Shown in pieces: positions 9,194 through 17,916 of a DNA stretch of 64,000 bases. The stretch comes from Escherichia phage KEP4. The first letter of the stretch is position 1. Every line of letters starts with the position of its first letter. Made by a program: the position numbers and the translations under genes. Location of the stretch: sequence record PP047754. One strand, written 5' to 3'. The notes below the pieces were generated by a model. The model had not been told where the DNA came from and did not search any database. It saw only the letters and a list, made by a program, of their open reading frames with translations.

Positions 9194-9616
9194 ATGAAGA
9201 AGTATATCGTTCTTATAACGGGTTCCCGTTCTATAACTGAGCGGGATAAAATCTTCGCCAAACTGGATGAACTGTTAGATCCCCACGAGATCGAAACTTT
9301 TATAGAAGGTGAAGCGGTTGGTGTGGACTTGATATCTCGTGATTGGTGTGAAATCAATTATGTTCATGTTACACCAATGGAGATCCCTAAGAATTATCAC
9401 ACGATATATGGGAAAGGCGCAGGAAACCAACGTAACAAAGATATGTTAGACAAAGCTACAACCCTGGCCAAACAAAAAGGTCTTGAGGTCTTTGGAATTG
9501 CATTATGGGATGGTTCGTCTACTGGGACGCAAGACATGATTACCCGCATGAAAAAAGCAGGTGTCAATGTCAATATCACTCTCATGGGCAAACCCAAAAC
9601 CAAACGATTGTTATAA
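9194..9616 (+). CDS. SLOG/DUF2493-like Rossmann-fold protein, 140 aa
   Basis: N-terminal KKYIVLITGSRS motif typical of the LOG/DprA/YspA-type SLOG fold; assignment by motif only. Confidence 0.35.
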   Translation: MKKYIVLITGSRSITERDKIFAKLDELLDPHEIETFIEGEAVGVDLISRDWCEINYVHVTPMEIPKNYHTIYGKGAGNQRNKDMLDKATTLAKQKGLEVFGIALWDGSSTGTQDMITRMKKAGVNVNITLMGKPKTKRLL

Positions 9617-9619
9617 ATA
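9612..9619 (+). promoter_or_regulatory. T4-type late promoter TATAAATA
   Basis: Exact TATAAATA about 30 bp upstream of the 9651 ORF. Confidence 0.4.
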
Positions 9620-9650
9620 TGTTTGCCTTCACACCCATATGGAGTTAGCT

Positions 9651-9821
9651 ATGCTGCAATTAATTTTGATTCTTTGTGTCGCTTTTACCATGTACTTTCT
9701 GGCGCGAATCAGTTATATCACACTAAATGATCTGAAAGATACACCACGCGAACCTAAATTTATATTTCTAAAGAAATACACCAAAAAGTTCTGCGAGAAT
9801 TTTATCTATCATCTTCCGTGA
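9651..9821 (+). CDS. small hydrophobic membrane protein, 56 aa
   Basis: GGAG RBS; N-terminal hydrophobic helix LQLILILCVAFTMYFLA. Confidence 0.35.
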   Translation: MLQLILILCVAFTMYFLARISYITLNDLKDTPREPKFIFLKKYTKKFCENFIYHLP

Positions 9822-9822
9822 T

Positions 9823-9830
9823 TATAAATA
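9823..9830 (+). promoter_or_regulatory. T4-type late promoter TATAAATA
   Basis: Exact TATAAATA 22 bp upstream of ATG 9853, overlapping hairpin taccccc-aaaatt-gggggta. Confidence 0.45.
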
Positions 9831-9852
9831 CCCCCAAAATTGGGGGTATTTT

Positions 9853-10581
9853 ATGAACGCACAAATCTACGATGTCCTTTCCTCTGGTAATGCATTTAGC
9901 AACCCGCTTCCGTCCCTCTCCGGTCCCTCACAGGATTTAATCACCAGTGGTAGTACCAATATACCATTGATAACTGCCAACGCGACTCCGGAGATGCAGG
10001 CGGCTATGGTTGCTGGTGGACTAACACCAGAAAAACTCACAGCAGCCACCACCATGTATAGCGCCGCCAACACGGGGATAACGACACTGAACACATATGG
10101 AGACCAAAGTATCAATGACGCGTATTCTCGCATCGGTACTTCCGTGTCATACAAATCAGGTCTGAAGGGTATATCACGAGAGCCAAACAATTGTGATTTG
10201 ATCAACAAGGCTTTTGGTGTTGTTCAGGATTTAGGACGCCAATGGCTGAATGCTATGGAAGGTGCTCTACAGACCGTAACAAACAAGATATCGGAATTGT
10301 ATGACATGATTATGGAAGGTGCCTCAGAAGGGATGGCAAAACTACAGCAATTGGCTGCTGAAGTAACAGGACATATCAATGAGGCAATAACCGCCGTCAA
10401 TGGAGTTATAAACGATATCACCGATGGGATAGCTGCAGAACTTGCTCATATTGAAAGTATGATCAAAGAATGTCTAAACTTCTCTTTTGCGAATGTTCTT
10501 GGAGAATGGGCTAAAGATCTCTGTGCTGGAGGCGTTATTGATAAAATAGGGACTCCAGAATTAAAAGAGTCCCTGAAATAA
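9853..10581 (+). CDS. hypothetical late protein, 242 aa
   Basis: ORF immediately downstream of a consensus late promoter. Confidence 0.5.
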   Translation: MNAQIYDVLSSGNAFSNPLPSLSGPSQDLITSGSTNIPLITANATPEMQAAMVAGGLTPEKLTAATTMYSAANTGITTLNTYGDQSINDAYSRIGTSVSYKSGLKGISREPNNCDLINKAFGVVQDLGRQWLNAMEGALQTVTNKISELYDMIMEGASEGMAKLQQLAAEVTGHINEAITAVNGVINDITDGIAAELAHIESMIKECLNFSFANVLGEWAKDLCAGGVIDKIGTPELKESLK

Positions 10582-11202
10582 TCAATGTCTAGCGGGGAGA
10601 ACTCCCACTGGTTCGATACCTTCCATCACCAGGGAGTTCACCCCAACATCACTCATTCGAATCCATACTTTACCGCCTGGTCTTATTTCATAGATGTTCA
10701 TTTCATTACCCACAGCAGATCCATTAACGAAAACACCCTGAGTGGCAATTCGGATCGGAGATTTGGTGTTATTAACTATCTGAAATGATATTGCAACGTC
10801 TCTGGTGATTTCTACGTCCCTTGCTTGAGTATTCCTTCTGAGTTTGTCAAAGAAAGAAGGGTTGAAAGTCGCTATGATGCTATTATTCTGAGAGTAATAA
10901 ATACTTGCGGATAGATATGGGATCTTTCCTTCGTCACCTTTCCTCAATAGGGGAATCGTGGTTTTCCAGTATGGTCTCAGTGACTGGTTGTTATCATCAA
11001 AACAACCAACAGCTTGAAGAGTCTGGAAGTTCTGAAAATCAGATACTACTTGATTCAGAATATTTTTATTGCATTTATCAATGTCGGCTGAGATGTTAAC
11101 AGGTATGGTTCTGATTTCAGGATCCCAGAGGTCGGTTACAGAAATGACGGACGTGACAAAGATACGGCAACTTGTGAGTGCAAGCACCATTATCATCGTC
11201 AT
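10582..11202 (-). CDS. membrane-anchored or lipoprotein-like protein (start uncertain)
   Basis: 232-codon reverse ORF with no competing forward ORF; hydrophobic N-terminus MTMIMVLALTSC with lipobox-like LTSC; ORF-track start 11280 is a TTG, ATG at 11202 chosen. Confidence 0.4.
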   Translation of the reverse strand: MTMIMVLALTSCRIFVTSVISVTDLWDPEIRTIPVNISADIDKCNKNILNQVVSDFQNFQTLQAVGCFDDNNQSLRPYWKTTIPLLRKGDEGKIPYLSASIYYSQNNSIIATFNPSFFDKLRRNTQARDVEITRDVAISFQIVNNTKSPIRIATQGVFVNGSAVGNEMNIYEIRPGGKVWIRMSDVGVNSLVMEGIEPVGVLPARH

Positions 11203-11265
11203 GATCCATTTTCTGAATCCGCGTATCAGGAACACTAAAACGTTCTCCACAGCAAAGGTGCTAAC

Positions 11266-11760
11266 ATGACAGGTGTACAATTCAAAAACGAAAATCCTAA
11301 TTTCGCGGCTTCCGATAAATGGCGCTTAACTATCGGAGACCTAATATTGCTTACTCGTTCAATACATGACTTCAGTATTCCTGGAGTGTATTCTGAAGGT
11401 ATCGAGGGACCATCCCCTGGCGATGTGCTCAACTCCATACCTTCAGAACGTCTCACGTATGACCCCATCGTATTTACGTTCGTTATCGATGAGAGTTGGT
11501 ACAACTGGGAACAGATTTACAATTGGATTGCGTCCAATGCTGGATCTGATTTAGCTGTTAGCCGTGACATCACCATCGACCTTCTTGATAACATGAATCG
11601 ACCTGTTGGTCTACAATTGTTGTTGGAAGAAGCCCGTCCCACAGCTTTGGACAACGTATTGGTGGATGTGGATGCTGCGGTTCCCCAACTGGTCACGACT
11701 GTCACGTTCAAATATTTGAAACTGACTCCGACTCGCGTCACCCGCGAAATTGATAAATAA
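11266..11760 (+). CDS. hypothetical protein, 164 aa
   Basis: ORF with AAAGGTG RBS. Confidence 0.5.
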   Translation: MTGVQFKNENPNFAASDKWRLTIGDLILLTRSIHDFSIPGVYSEGIEGPSPGDVLNSIPSERLTYDPIVFTFVIDESWYNWEQIYNWIASNAGSDLAVSRDITIDLLDNMNRPVGLQLLLEEARPTALDNVLVDVDAAVPQLVTTVTFKYLKLTPTRVTREIDK

Positions 11761-11801
11761 TAAGTTATAATACAGAGAGTTGAAACAGCAGGGAATAAAT
11801 C

Positions 11802-12257
11802 ATGAGCGAAACAAAACTTGAAACGATGAAAACCGAAGATATAATGGCAGAATTGGAGCCTCTTATTTCGGTAAATCCTGAAGACATGAACTTAGACCAA
11901 ATGTCATTGAAAATTGGTCGTTCGTGGATGACTGTGCAACGCCATTATATTCGTGAAGGAAGATATCTGGAGTATCTAACTGGCAAATTCCGCCAAATAG
12001 ATCTCTATTTACGCCGATTTTATGCAGGGGAATTGCCGCCCAACGTTTATGTTGAACGCCCATTAAAAGTTCGACCCCTGAAATCTGATATAGATGTTTG
12101 GGTAAAAGCAGATGATGATTATATCGAATTGTCTAGCATGCTTCAAGAGCAGAAAGCCAAAGTCAAGTTTATCGAAAGTTGCTTAGATCGTTTGAACAAA
12201 CTCGGATATGAAGTGAAGAATGCTATTGATTGGCGAAAATATTTGGATGGGATGTAA
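11802..12257 (+). CDS. hypothetical protein, 151 aa
   Basis: ORF with ATG start. Confidence 0.5.
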   Translation: MSETKLETMKTEDIMAELEPLISVNPEDMNLDQMSLKIGRSWMTVQRHYIREGRYLEYLTGKFRQIDLYLRRFYAGELPPNVYVERPLKVRPLKSDIDVWVKADDDYIELSSMLQEQKAKVKFIESCLDRLNKLGYEVKNAIDWRKYLDGM

Positions 12258-13003
12258 TGGTTTCTCTACAGGCTTTGCGCAAACTTAATGACTTTGAAAA
12301 TCGTCATCATACATTTCAGCAATATTCCTTGCCGTTTAAGGAACTGACTTGCGTAACTACCGAAAATGGTCGTCACTATGTTTCCCCCACTGGAGTCAAA
12401 CTAACTTCAGTGACGACCATGTTAGGGCGTACTGGTGACCACACATGGTTAGAAGCCTGGCGGGACAAGTTGGGGCATGAAGCTGCTGATATAGAAACAC
12501 ATCGTTGCGCAGACCGTGGGGAAAAACTTCATTTGGCTTGTGAGTTGTATCTCAAAAACAGACCAATGAAGGAAGTTCTGGAAGCTGCAGGGGAATACGT
12601 GTTTATGTTCAAACAGGTTTTCCCCTACCTTAACAAAATGAGCAAGATATATGCACAAGAGATTCCATTATATAGCGAAGTCCTGGGTCTTGCTGGTCGT
12701 GTTGACCTCATCGGGGTTTACGAAGGAATTCCAAGCATAATCGATTTCAAAACATCTAACACCCTAAAAACTCGAAGCATGATAGAAGATTATAGTATTC
12801 AATTGTGTCTATACTCAGTCATGTTTCAACAAATGTTTAATGTCAAGATAGAGCGTTTAATCAATATTATATCCAACGAAAATGCCCTTGTTCCCACCAT
12901 AATCGAATTCGATCGCAAAGACGTTATTTCTAAAATGTTTGACCGTGTCCGTCTGTATCACAAAATGGACAAAGAACAGAAAGGAATCTGGGCGGATCGC
13001 TAA
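12257..13003 (+). CDS. PD-(D/E)XK family nuclease candidate (RecB/Cas4-like), 248 aa
   Basis: GRVDLIGVY ... IIDFKTS (D...E/D.K) and QLCLY motifs; start ATG overlaps previous stop (TAATG). Confidence 0.45.
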   Translation: MVSLQALRKLNDFENRHHTFQQYSLPFKELTCVTTENGRHYVSPTGVKLTSVTTMLGRTGDHTWLEAWRDKLGHEAADIETHRCADRGEKLHLACELYLKNRPMKEVLEAAGEYVFMFKQVFPYLNKMSKIYAQEIPLYSEVLGLAGRVDLIGVYEGIPSIIDFKTSNTLKTRSMIEDYSIQLCLYSVMFQQMFNVKIERLINIISNENALVPTIIEFDRKDVISKMFDRVRLYHKMDKEQKGIWADR

Positions 13004-13032
13004 ATACTCCATAATATTGGGGGAAATTAGTG

Positions 13033-14532
13033 ATGTCTGAGATCCAAATAGTCAAAGTGAACGAAGTTAGAATGCGGATCCTCGCCGAGGATTATATCCG
13101 TGAAGAACTCAACGATTACTTCAAATTTGAAGATCCTAATTTCCAACCGAATCCGTTCAGTAAATGGGACGGCGTAGTGCGGCTGTTCACAAAGAGTTCT
13201 GGGCTTATCGACATCGGCCTGTTATTTGAGGTGTTCAAATTCTGTAAGATGAACGGTTACACCATCAAATTAGATCCGACCTTAAAATATATTCAAGATA
13301 TTCCGGATGAAGAAATTCATGCGTTCATCGATACATTGAATGCGGTGTACCGAGACGAAAACAAACAATATCAAAAAGCGATTGTCCGTGATTATCAATT
13401 TGATTCTGTTGCCACAGCAATACGCCAAAGCAGATGTGTCCTCGAAGCTGCCACGAGTGCTGGCAAATCCTTTATTTTGTACATCATGGCGCGTTACTAC
13501 AGGCAACGCAGAGATGCCCTCGAAAGTAATCTGAGGACGTTAATTGTTGTACCATCCATTCATTTGGTGACTCAGTTGTATGACAACTTCGAAGAATATA
13601 GCCACGGGACAGAATGGAAGCCATTGATGAACGTCCAGACAATATACGAAGGGGCAACGAAAGAGATTTTCAAACCCATAGTTATTTCAACTTGGCAAGG
13701 TATCCAGAACCAACCCAAAGAGTGGTTCCATCAATTTGGAGATATCGTCGTTGACGAAGTACATACATCAAAATCAGATAAATTGTCTTACATCTTGAAC
13801 AACTGTATTAACGCTGATCAACGTTTGGGAGTAACCGGAACCCTGGCGAATACAAAGGTCGCAGGGTTACAAGTCGTTGCTCACTTTGGCGCATATCATA
13901 AAATTATTACAGCGCGCGATTTAATCGATCTAGGATATGCGGCAGACATCAATGTTAATATGATTGAAGTCATACATCCTATGGCAGACTGTATTGAAAT
14001 GCACGGTGCTGAGTATCAAAAGGAAATAGAATTCCTCATTGCTAACGAACGCCGAAATGAATTGATAGCTCGAATGGCTCTATCTTTGAAAGGGAACGTG
14101 GCAGTCATGTTCGAACGTATCGATGCACACATGATGTTGGTTTATGAAATGCTATCGGCAGTCAAGAAAAACGTATTCGTCATCAACGGGGAAGTCAAGA
14201 CAGAAGTTCGTAAACAGATTCAGGCTGCTATGGAAGAAGGGGAAGATATAACACTGTTGGCATCATATGGTACTATGCAACAGGGCGTATCTATCAAAAA
14301 ACTCCATCATCTGATATTGGCCCATCCCAGCAAATCTTATATCCGTGTTATACAGACATTGGGGCGTTTGATGCGTCAGCATTCCTCTAAGGATGTTGCG
14401 CGAATCTGGGACCTGGTAGACAACCTGCGTTACAACGGTTCCTACAACCATGCTCTCAGGCATTCTCATGAGAGATATAAATTTTATCTTATGGAGCGCC
14501 ACCCTGTTAAAATGAAAAAAGTGGCGCTCTAA
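13033..14532 (+). CDS. uvsW: UvsW-like SF2 DNA/RNA helicase
   Basis: 499 aa; Walker A LEAATSAGKS, DEVH box (VVDEVHT); T4 UvsW size; lies after the capsid region as in T4. Confidence 0.75.
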   Translation: MSEIQIVKVNEVRMRILAEDYIREELNDYFKFEDPNFQPNPFSKWDGVVRLFTKSSGLIDIGLLFEVFKFCKMNGYTIKLDPTLKYIQDIPDEEIHAFIDTLNAVYRDENKQYQKAIVRDYQFDSVATAIRQSRCVLEAATSAGKSFILYIMARYYRQRRDALESNLRTLIVVPSIHLVTQLYDNFEEYSHGTEWKPLMNVQTIYEGATKEIFKPIVISTWQGIQNQPKEWFHQFGDIVVDEVHTSKSDKLSYILNNCINADQRLGVTGTLANTKVAGLQVVAHFGAYHKIITARDLIDLGYAADINVNMIEVIHPMADCIEMHGAEYQKEIEFLIANERRNELIARMALSLKGNVAVMFERIDAHMMLVYEMLSAVKKNVFVINGEVKTEVRKQIQAAMEEGEDITLLASYGTMQQGVSIKKLHHLILAHPSKSYIRVIQTLGRLMRQHSSKDVARIWDLVDNLRYNGSYNHALRHSHERYKFYLMERHPVKMKKVAL

Positions 14533-14537
14533 CCATT

Positions 14538-14903
14538 TCAAATATCTTGATTCACATAGGCGGGGGTTGCCTCGCCTTCTTTGTTGGAACCAAATAAACA
14601 GTCGATCGTGCCAATACATTGTTGTAGCACTTTCGGCTCAAGAATCTGAGAAAACAATTCTTCATTAGATGCCAGCAGTGGAACAACTTTCACTTCCCGC
14701 GCCTGGCCTTGTTGAATAATGCCAACATACAGACCTTTGTTATTTGGGAGTAATGGTATCACCAACATCGGTGACACAATAAACCCCGATGTACAGAAAA
14801 GGCTTTGTAAATAAACGCCTTTTAATGACGAACGTTGTTCTGATATGGAAAGAATTGCTTCTTGGTCTTCCCCTACTGCGTATAAACCAACAAATTGCTT
14901 CAT
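14538..14903 (-). CDS. hypothetical protein, 121 aa, reverse strand
   Basis: ATG-initiated reverse ORF convergent on uvsW; no competing forward ORF. Confidence 0.4.
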   Translation of the reverse strand: MKQFVGLYAVGEDQEAILSISEQRSSLKGVYLQSLFCTSGFIVSPMLVIPLLPNNKGLYVGIIQQGQAREVKVVPLLASNEELFSQILEPKVLQQCIGTIDCLFGSNKEGEATPAYVNQDI

Positions 14904-15242
14904 ATATTATTTCTCACGTGTTAGCAAACTTGGCTACATAATAATGTCATGCTCTGTTTAGACCAAATAAAATATTTTACTTGTTGAATAAAAATCGCTT
15001 TCTTGTTGAACAATCCGTGCGTAATATACGAGTTGTGAGCTTTGCGAGCAACGAGTATTATCACGAGCGAAGCGAGTAGACTGATAAAGAAAGGTTTTAT
15101 TAAAACAGAATATTATAAATGCCGTCAGGCATTTATTTATCGCGCGTAGGGCAATTTATCACTTGTTCTATAACTACAAACACGCGATACTAATTTGCGT
15201 CAAATATGACTTGAACCCCACTATATTTTGAGGATACAACTA
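14904..15242. promoter_or_regulatory. 340-bp AT-rich intergenic control region upstream of gp45
   Basis: Largest non-coding gap in the replisome region; contains TATAAATg (15114-15121), clustered GCGAG/CGAGC repeats (about 15038-15078), duplicated cttgttgaa. Confidence 0.4.
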
Positions 15243-15911
15243 ATGCAAGAGATCACTCTCTCCGAACGCACTTTACAACTGCTGGCTAACTTTGAAACCA
15301 TCTGCCCCTCTATCGTTCTGGCACCTGGTAAAAAGTTGCGCACTGTTAACGATTCCAGTACAGTTATCGCTATTGCCGACATTGACGAAGACTTCCCGTT
15401 CGAATTCCCGATTCTGGATCTGACCAAATTGCTGGCAATCCAGCGTCTGCCGAGTTTTAAAGGCGGTAAAATTGAAATGTCGGAAGACCACATTTTGCTG
15501 AAAGGTGAAAACTCCCAACTGCAATTCTGGCGTTCCGCTAAAGAACTGACTGTCGTTCCGGCAGACAGCATCGATCTCCCGTCTGTAGAATTTGAAGCAA
15601 CAGTCACTCCTGAAAAAATGAAAGAGCTGACCCGCGCATGTTCTACTCTGGGCCACAAAACTGTACGCCTGGTTGCCAGCGGCGGTAAAACTCGTCTGGT
15701 GGGCACGACCACTACTATCGACAATTCCAACGATTACACTGTTGAGTTGGGTGAAACAACTCTGGGTGATTTTGCTATGCCTGTTGATGTGGTCAACCTG
15801 AAAATGATCGAAGGCAACTACGTGATCCGCGCCTGTGCCGAAATGCAACTGGTTAACTTCCAATCCGCAGACGGCACCATCAACTATTACGTCGGCATGC
15901 AGCTGGATTAA
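15243..15911 (+). CDS. sliding clamp gp45
   Basis: 222 aa; N-terminus LSERTLQLLANFETICPSIVL resembles T4 gp45 (DTTALLKNFATINSGIML); upstream of clamp loader genes. Confidence 0.8.
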   Translation: MQEITLSERTLQLLANFETICPSIVLAPGKKLRTVNDSSTVIAIADIDEDFPFEFPILDLTKLLAIQRLPSFKGGKIEMSEDHILLKGENSQLQFWRSAKELTVVPADSIDLPSVEFEATVTPEKMKELTRACSTLGHKTVRLVASGGKTRLVGTTTTIDNSNDYTVELGETTLGDFAMPVDVVNLKMIEGNYVIRACAEMQLVNFQSADGTINYYVGMQLD

Positions 15912-15941
15912 TCAATAACGATTCGGCGCTTTATTATCGGT

Positions 15942-15964
15942 GGCGGGGGTTTCCCCGCCCTTTG
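15942..15964 (+). terminator. terminator after gp45
   Basis: ggcggggg-ttt-ccccgcc hairpin followed by T-rich tract. Confidence 0.5.
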
Positions 15965-15989
15965 AAACGTTTTATCTAAAGAGGCTGCA

Positions 15990-16979
15990 ATGTCTAACAT
16001 CACTATCGTCACAGATCAATACGCGTGGGAAAACAAATATCGTCCTGACAATCTGGATGAGATCGTCCTCCCTTCAGACGTCCGTGCAAAAATCCATGGC
16101 TATGTTACATCAGGTAATGGAAACATCCCCTCAATGCTGTTCTATTCCCCTCAGCCTGGTACGGGCAAGACTACTTCTGCTCTGGCTGTGTGCAACGAAA
16201 TCGGTTGTATCAAACCGTTGACGATCAATGCGTCACTGGATAACAGCATTGATGTCATCCGTGACCGTGTTATTCAATACGCAACTGGCGTCAGTGTTTT
16301 CGGTGGCCGCAAAGTCGTTATCCTCGATGAAGTTGAGCGACTTTCCATGGCGGCGCAGGAATCCCTGAAAGGCATCGTAGAGAAAGTCTCAAAAAACTGC
16401 TCCTTCATCCTGACGACTAATGCGAAACAGCGCGTTAACGAACCTCTGCGTTCCCGCTGTCGTGAAATTGATTTTATCTGGTCTGAAAAGGAAGCAGATG
16501 AAGTTAAACTTCAATTCATGCGTCGTTGCGCAACTATCCTGACAGAGGAAGGCATTCCGTATGAAGCTGGTGTAATTGCTTCCATTGTGAAATCATATTT
16601 CCCAGATAATCGCAAAATTATGGGAACTCTTCAGGATAATGCCACCACGTTTGGTAAAATCGATGAACGCGCTCTGGCACAGGTTAAAGCAGGGGAATTC
16701 CAAGCGTTGGTGGATTTCCTAAAAACCAATGATTGGGCTGGGATGAAGCAGTGGGTGACCGACAACCAAAACTACATCACTGAAGATTTTTATTCCCGTT
16801 TCTTCCATTTCTGCGTTCCCCAGAACAAGGAAAAGACTCCTTTGATTCAAAACGAGTCAATCCCTGATCTGGTATGTGTCTGTGGTCAGTCTCAGATTGA
16901 ACATCGTTCCGTCGGCGACGTCTGGTTACACGGCGTTTACTTCTTGACTAACGTCATGCTCAACATCAAATGGAAGTAA
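15990..16979 (+). CDS. clamp loader large subunit gp44 (AAA+)
   Basis: Walker A PQPGTGKTT, Walker B VILDEVERL, SRC motif PLRSRCREI. Confidence 0.9.
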   Translation: MSNITIVTDQYAWENKYRPDNLDEIVLPSDVRAKIHGYVTSGNGNIPSMLFYSPQPGTGKTTSALAVCNEIGCIKPLTINASLDNSIDVIRDRVIQYATGVSVFGGRKVVILDEVERLSMAAQESLKGIVEKVSKNCSFILTTNAKQRVNEPLRSRCREIDFIWSEKEADEVKLQFMRRCATILTEEGIPYEAGVIASIVKSYFPDNRKIMGTLQDNATTFGKIDERALAQVKAGEFQALVDFLKTNDWAGMKQWVTDNQNYITEDFYSRFFHFCVPQNKEKTPLIQNESIPDLVCVCGQSQIEHRSVGDVWLHGVYFLTNVMLNIKWK

Positions 16980-16983
16980 TATT

Positions 16984-17406
16984 ATGGCCGCTCCGTCACT
17001 GTTCGATTACCTCGGTGCGTTGAATAGCACCAAAGAGAATCTGTTGATGACCGAAGACCCCGAAATCAGAAAGGCTTTTGATCCTTTCATGACTCGGCGC
17101 GGCCTTGCTCAGAGTAAAGACACGCTTGTGGTTGCTGAACAAATGAACCGCTTCCATGCCATTACTCCTTGGATGCAATGGAACCTGGCGTTTCATAGCA
17201 TTCCGGCAAAACGTCGCTATGGCAAGTGGTCTAAGAAGGGAGCTATGGATCCTGATGTGAAATTGATTTCTGAGTATTATTACATCAGTCCTGAAAAGGC
17301 TTCAGAATATGTTCGATTCCTGCCGAAAGAAGTCCTGGCTGAAATCAAGGCGAAGGTCGAACGTTCCAACAGCAACGAAAAAGCCAAACCGCGCAAGGCT
17401 AAGTAA
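16984..17406 (+). CDS. clamp loader small subunit gp62
   Basis: 140 aa between gp44 and regA as in T4; KRRYGKWSK motif. Confidence 0.6.
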   Translation: MAAPSLFDYLGALNSTKENLLMTEDPEIRKAFDPFMTRRGLAQSKDTLVVAEQMNRFHAITPWMQWNLAFHSIPAKRRYGKWSKKGAMDPDVKLISEYYYISPEKASEYVRFLPKEVLAEIKAKVERSNSNEKAKPRKAK

Positions 17407-17435
17407 TTCAAATAATTGTTAAAGGGGTATGAGTC

Positions 17436-17900
17436 ATGGCGCGTAATACGCTGGACATCTTAAAACTTTCAGCTGTCAACGATGAGGCCAGCATTGTTGA
17501 CTGTATGGTTGAAGTTCAATTGAACCAAGACAAACCAGGGATTTTCCTGGGTATCAAGGAAACGCTGAGTCGGATAGGGGTTAACACTCGTCAAGAGCCT
17601 AACACCTTGTATCAAACGTGCCATATCCTGCATAAATTTGGCAGATATCACATCGTGCATTTCAAGCATTTGTTCATGCTAGATGGGCACTACAACGGCT
17701 TTACGCGTGAAGATGTCCTGCGTATGAATCGGATTATACGGCTTCTGGAGCAATGGAATATGGTTAAGATCTTGCATCCGGAACAAATAACCGAAGTGGC
17801 TGACATGTCTCGGATCAAAGTTGTAAAACATGACCAAGTTTCTGAGTGGAAATTGGTTCCAAAATACACTATTCGCCCAAGTCGGGCAAAAAGCGAATAA
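17436..17900 (+). CDS. regA: translational repressor RegA
   Basis: Matches T4 RegA in KETLSRIGV ... LYQTCHILHKFGRYHIVHFKHLF ... SEWKLVPKYTI. Confidence 0.85.
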   Translation: MARNTLDILKLSAVNDEASIVDCMVEVQLNQDKPGIFLGIKETLSRIGVNTRQEPNTLYQTCHILHKFGRYHIVHFKHLFMLDGHYNGFTREDVLRMNRIIRLLEQWNMVKILHPEQITEVADMSRIKVVKHDQVSEWKLVPKYTIRPSRAKSE

Positions 17901-17916
17901 CTGGAGTCGCTATATT

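Noticed and set aside
15273-15863. 196-aa reverse-strand ORF overlapping gp45
   Set aside because: Antisense shadow of the sliding clamp gene.
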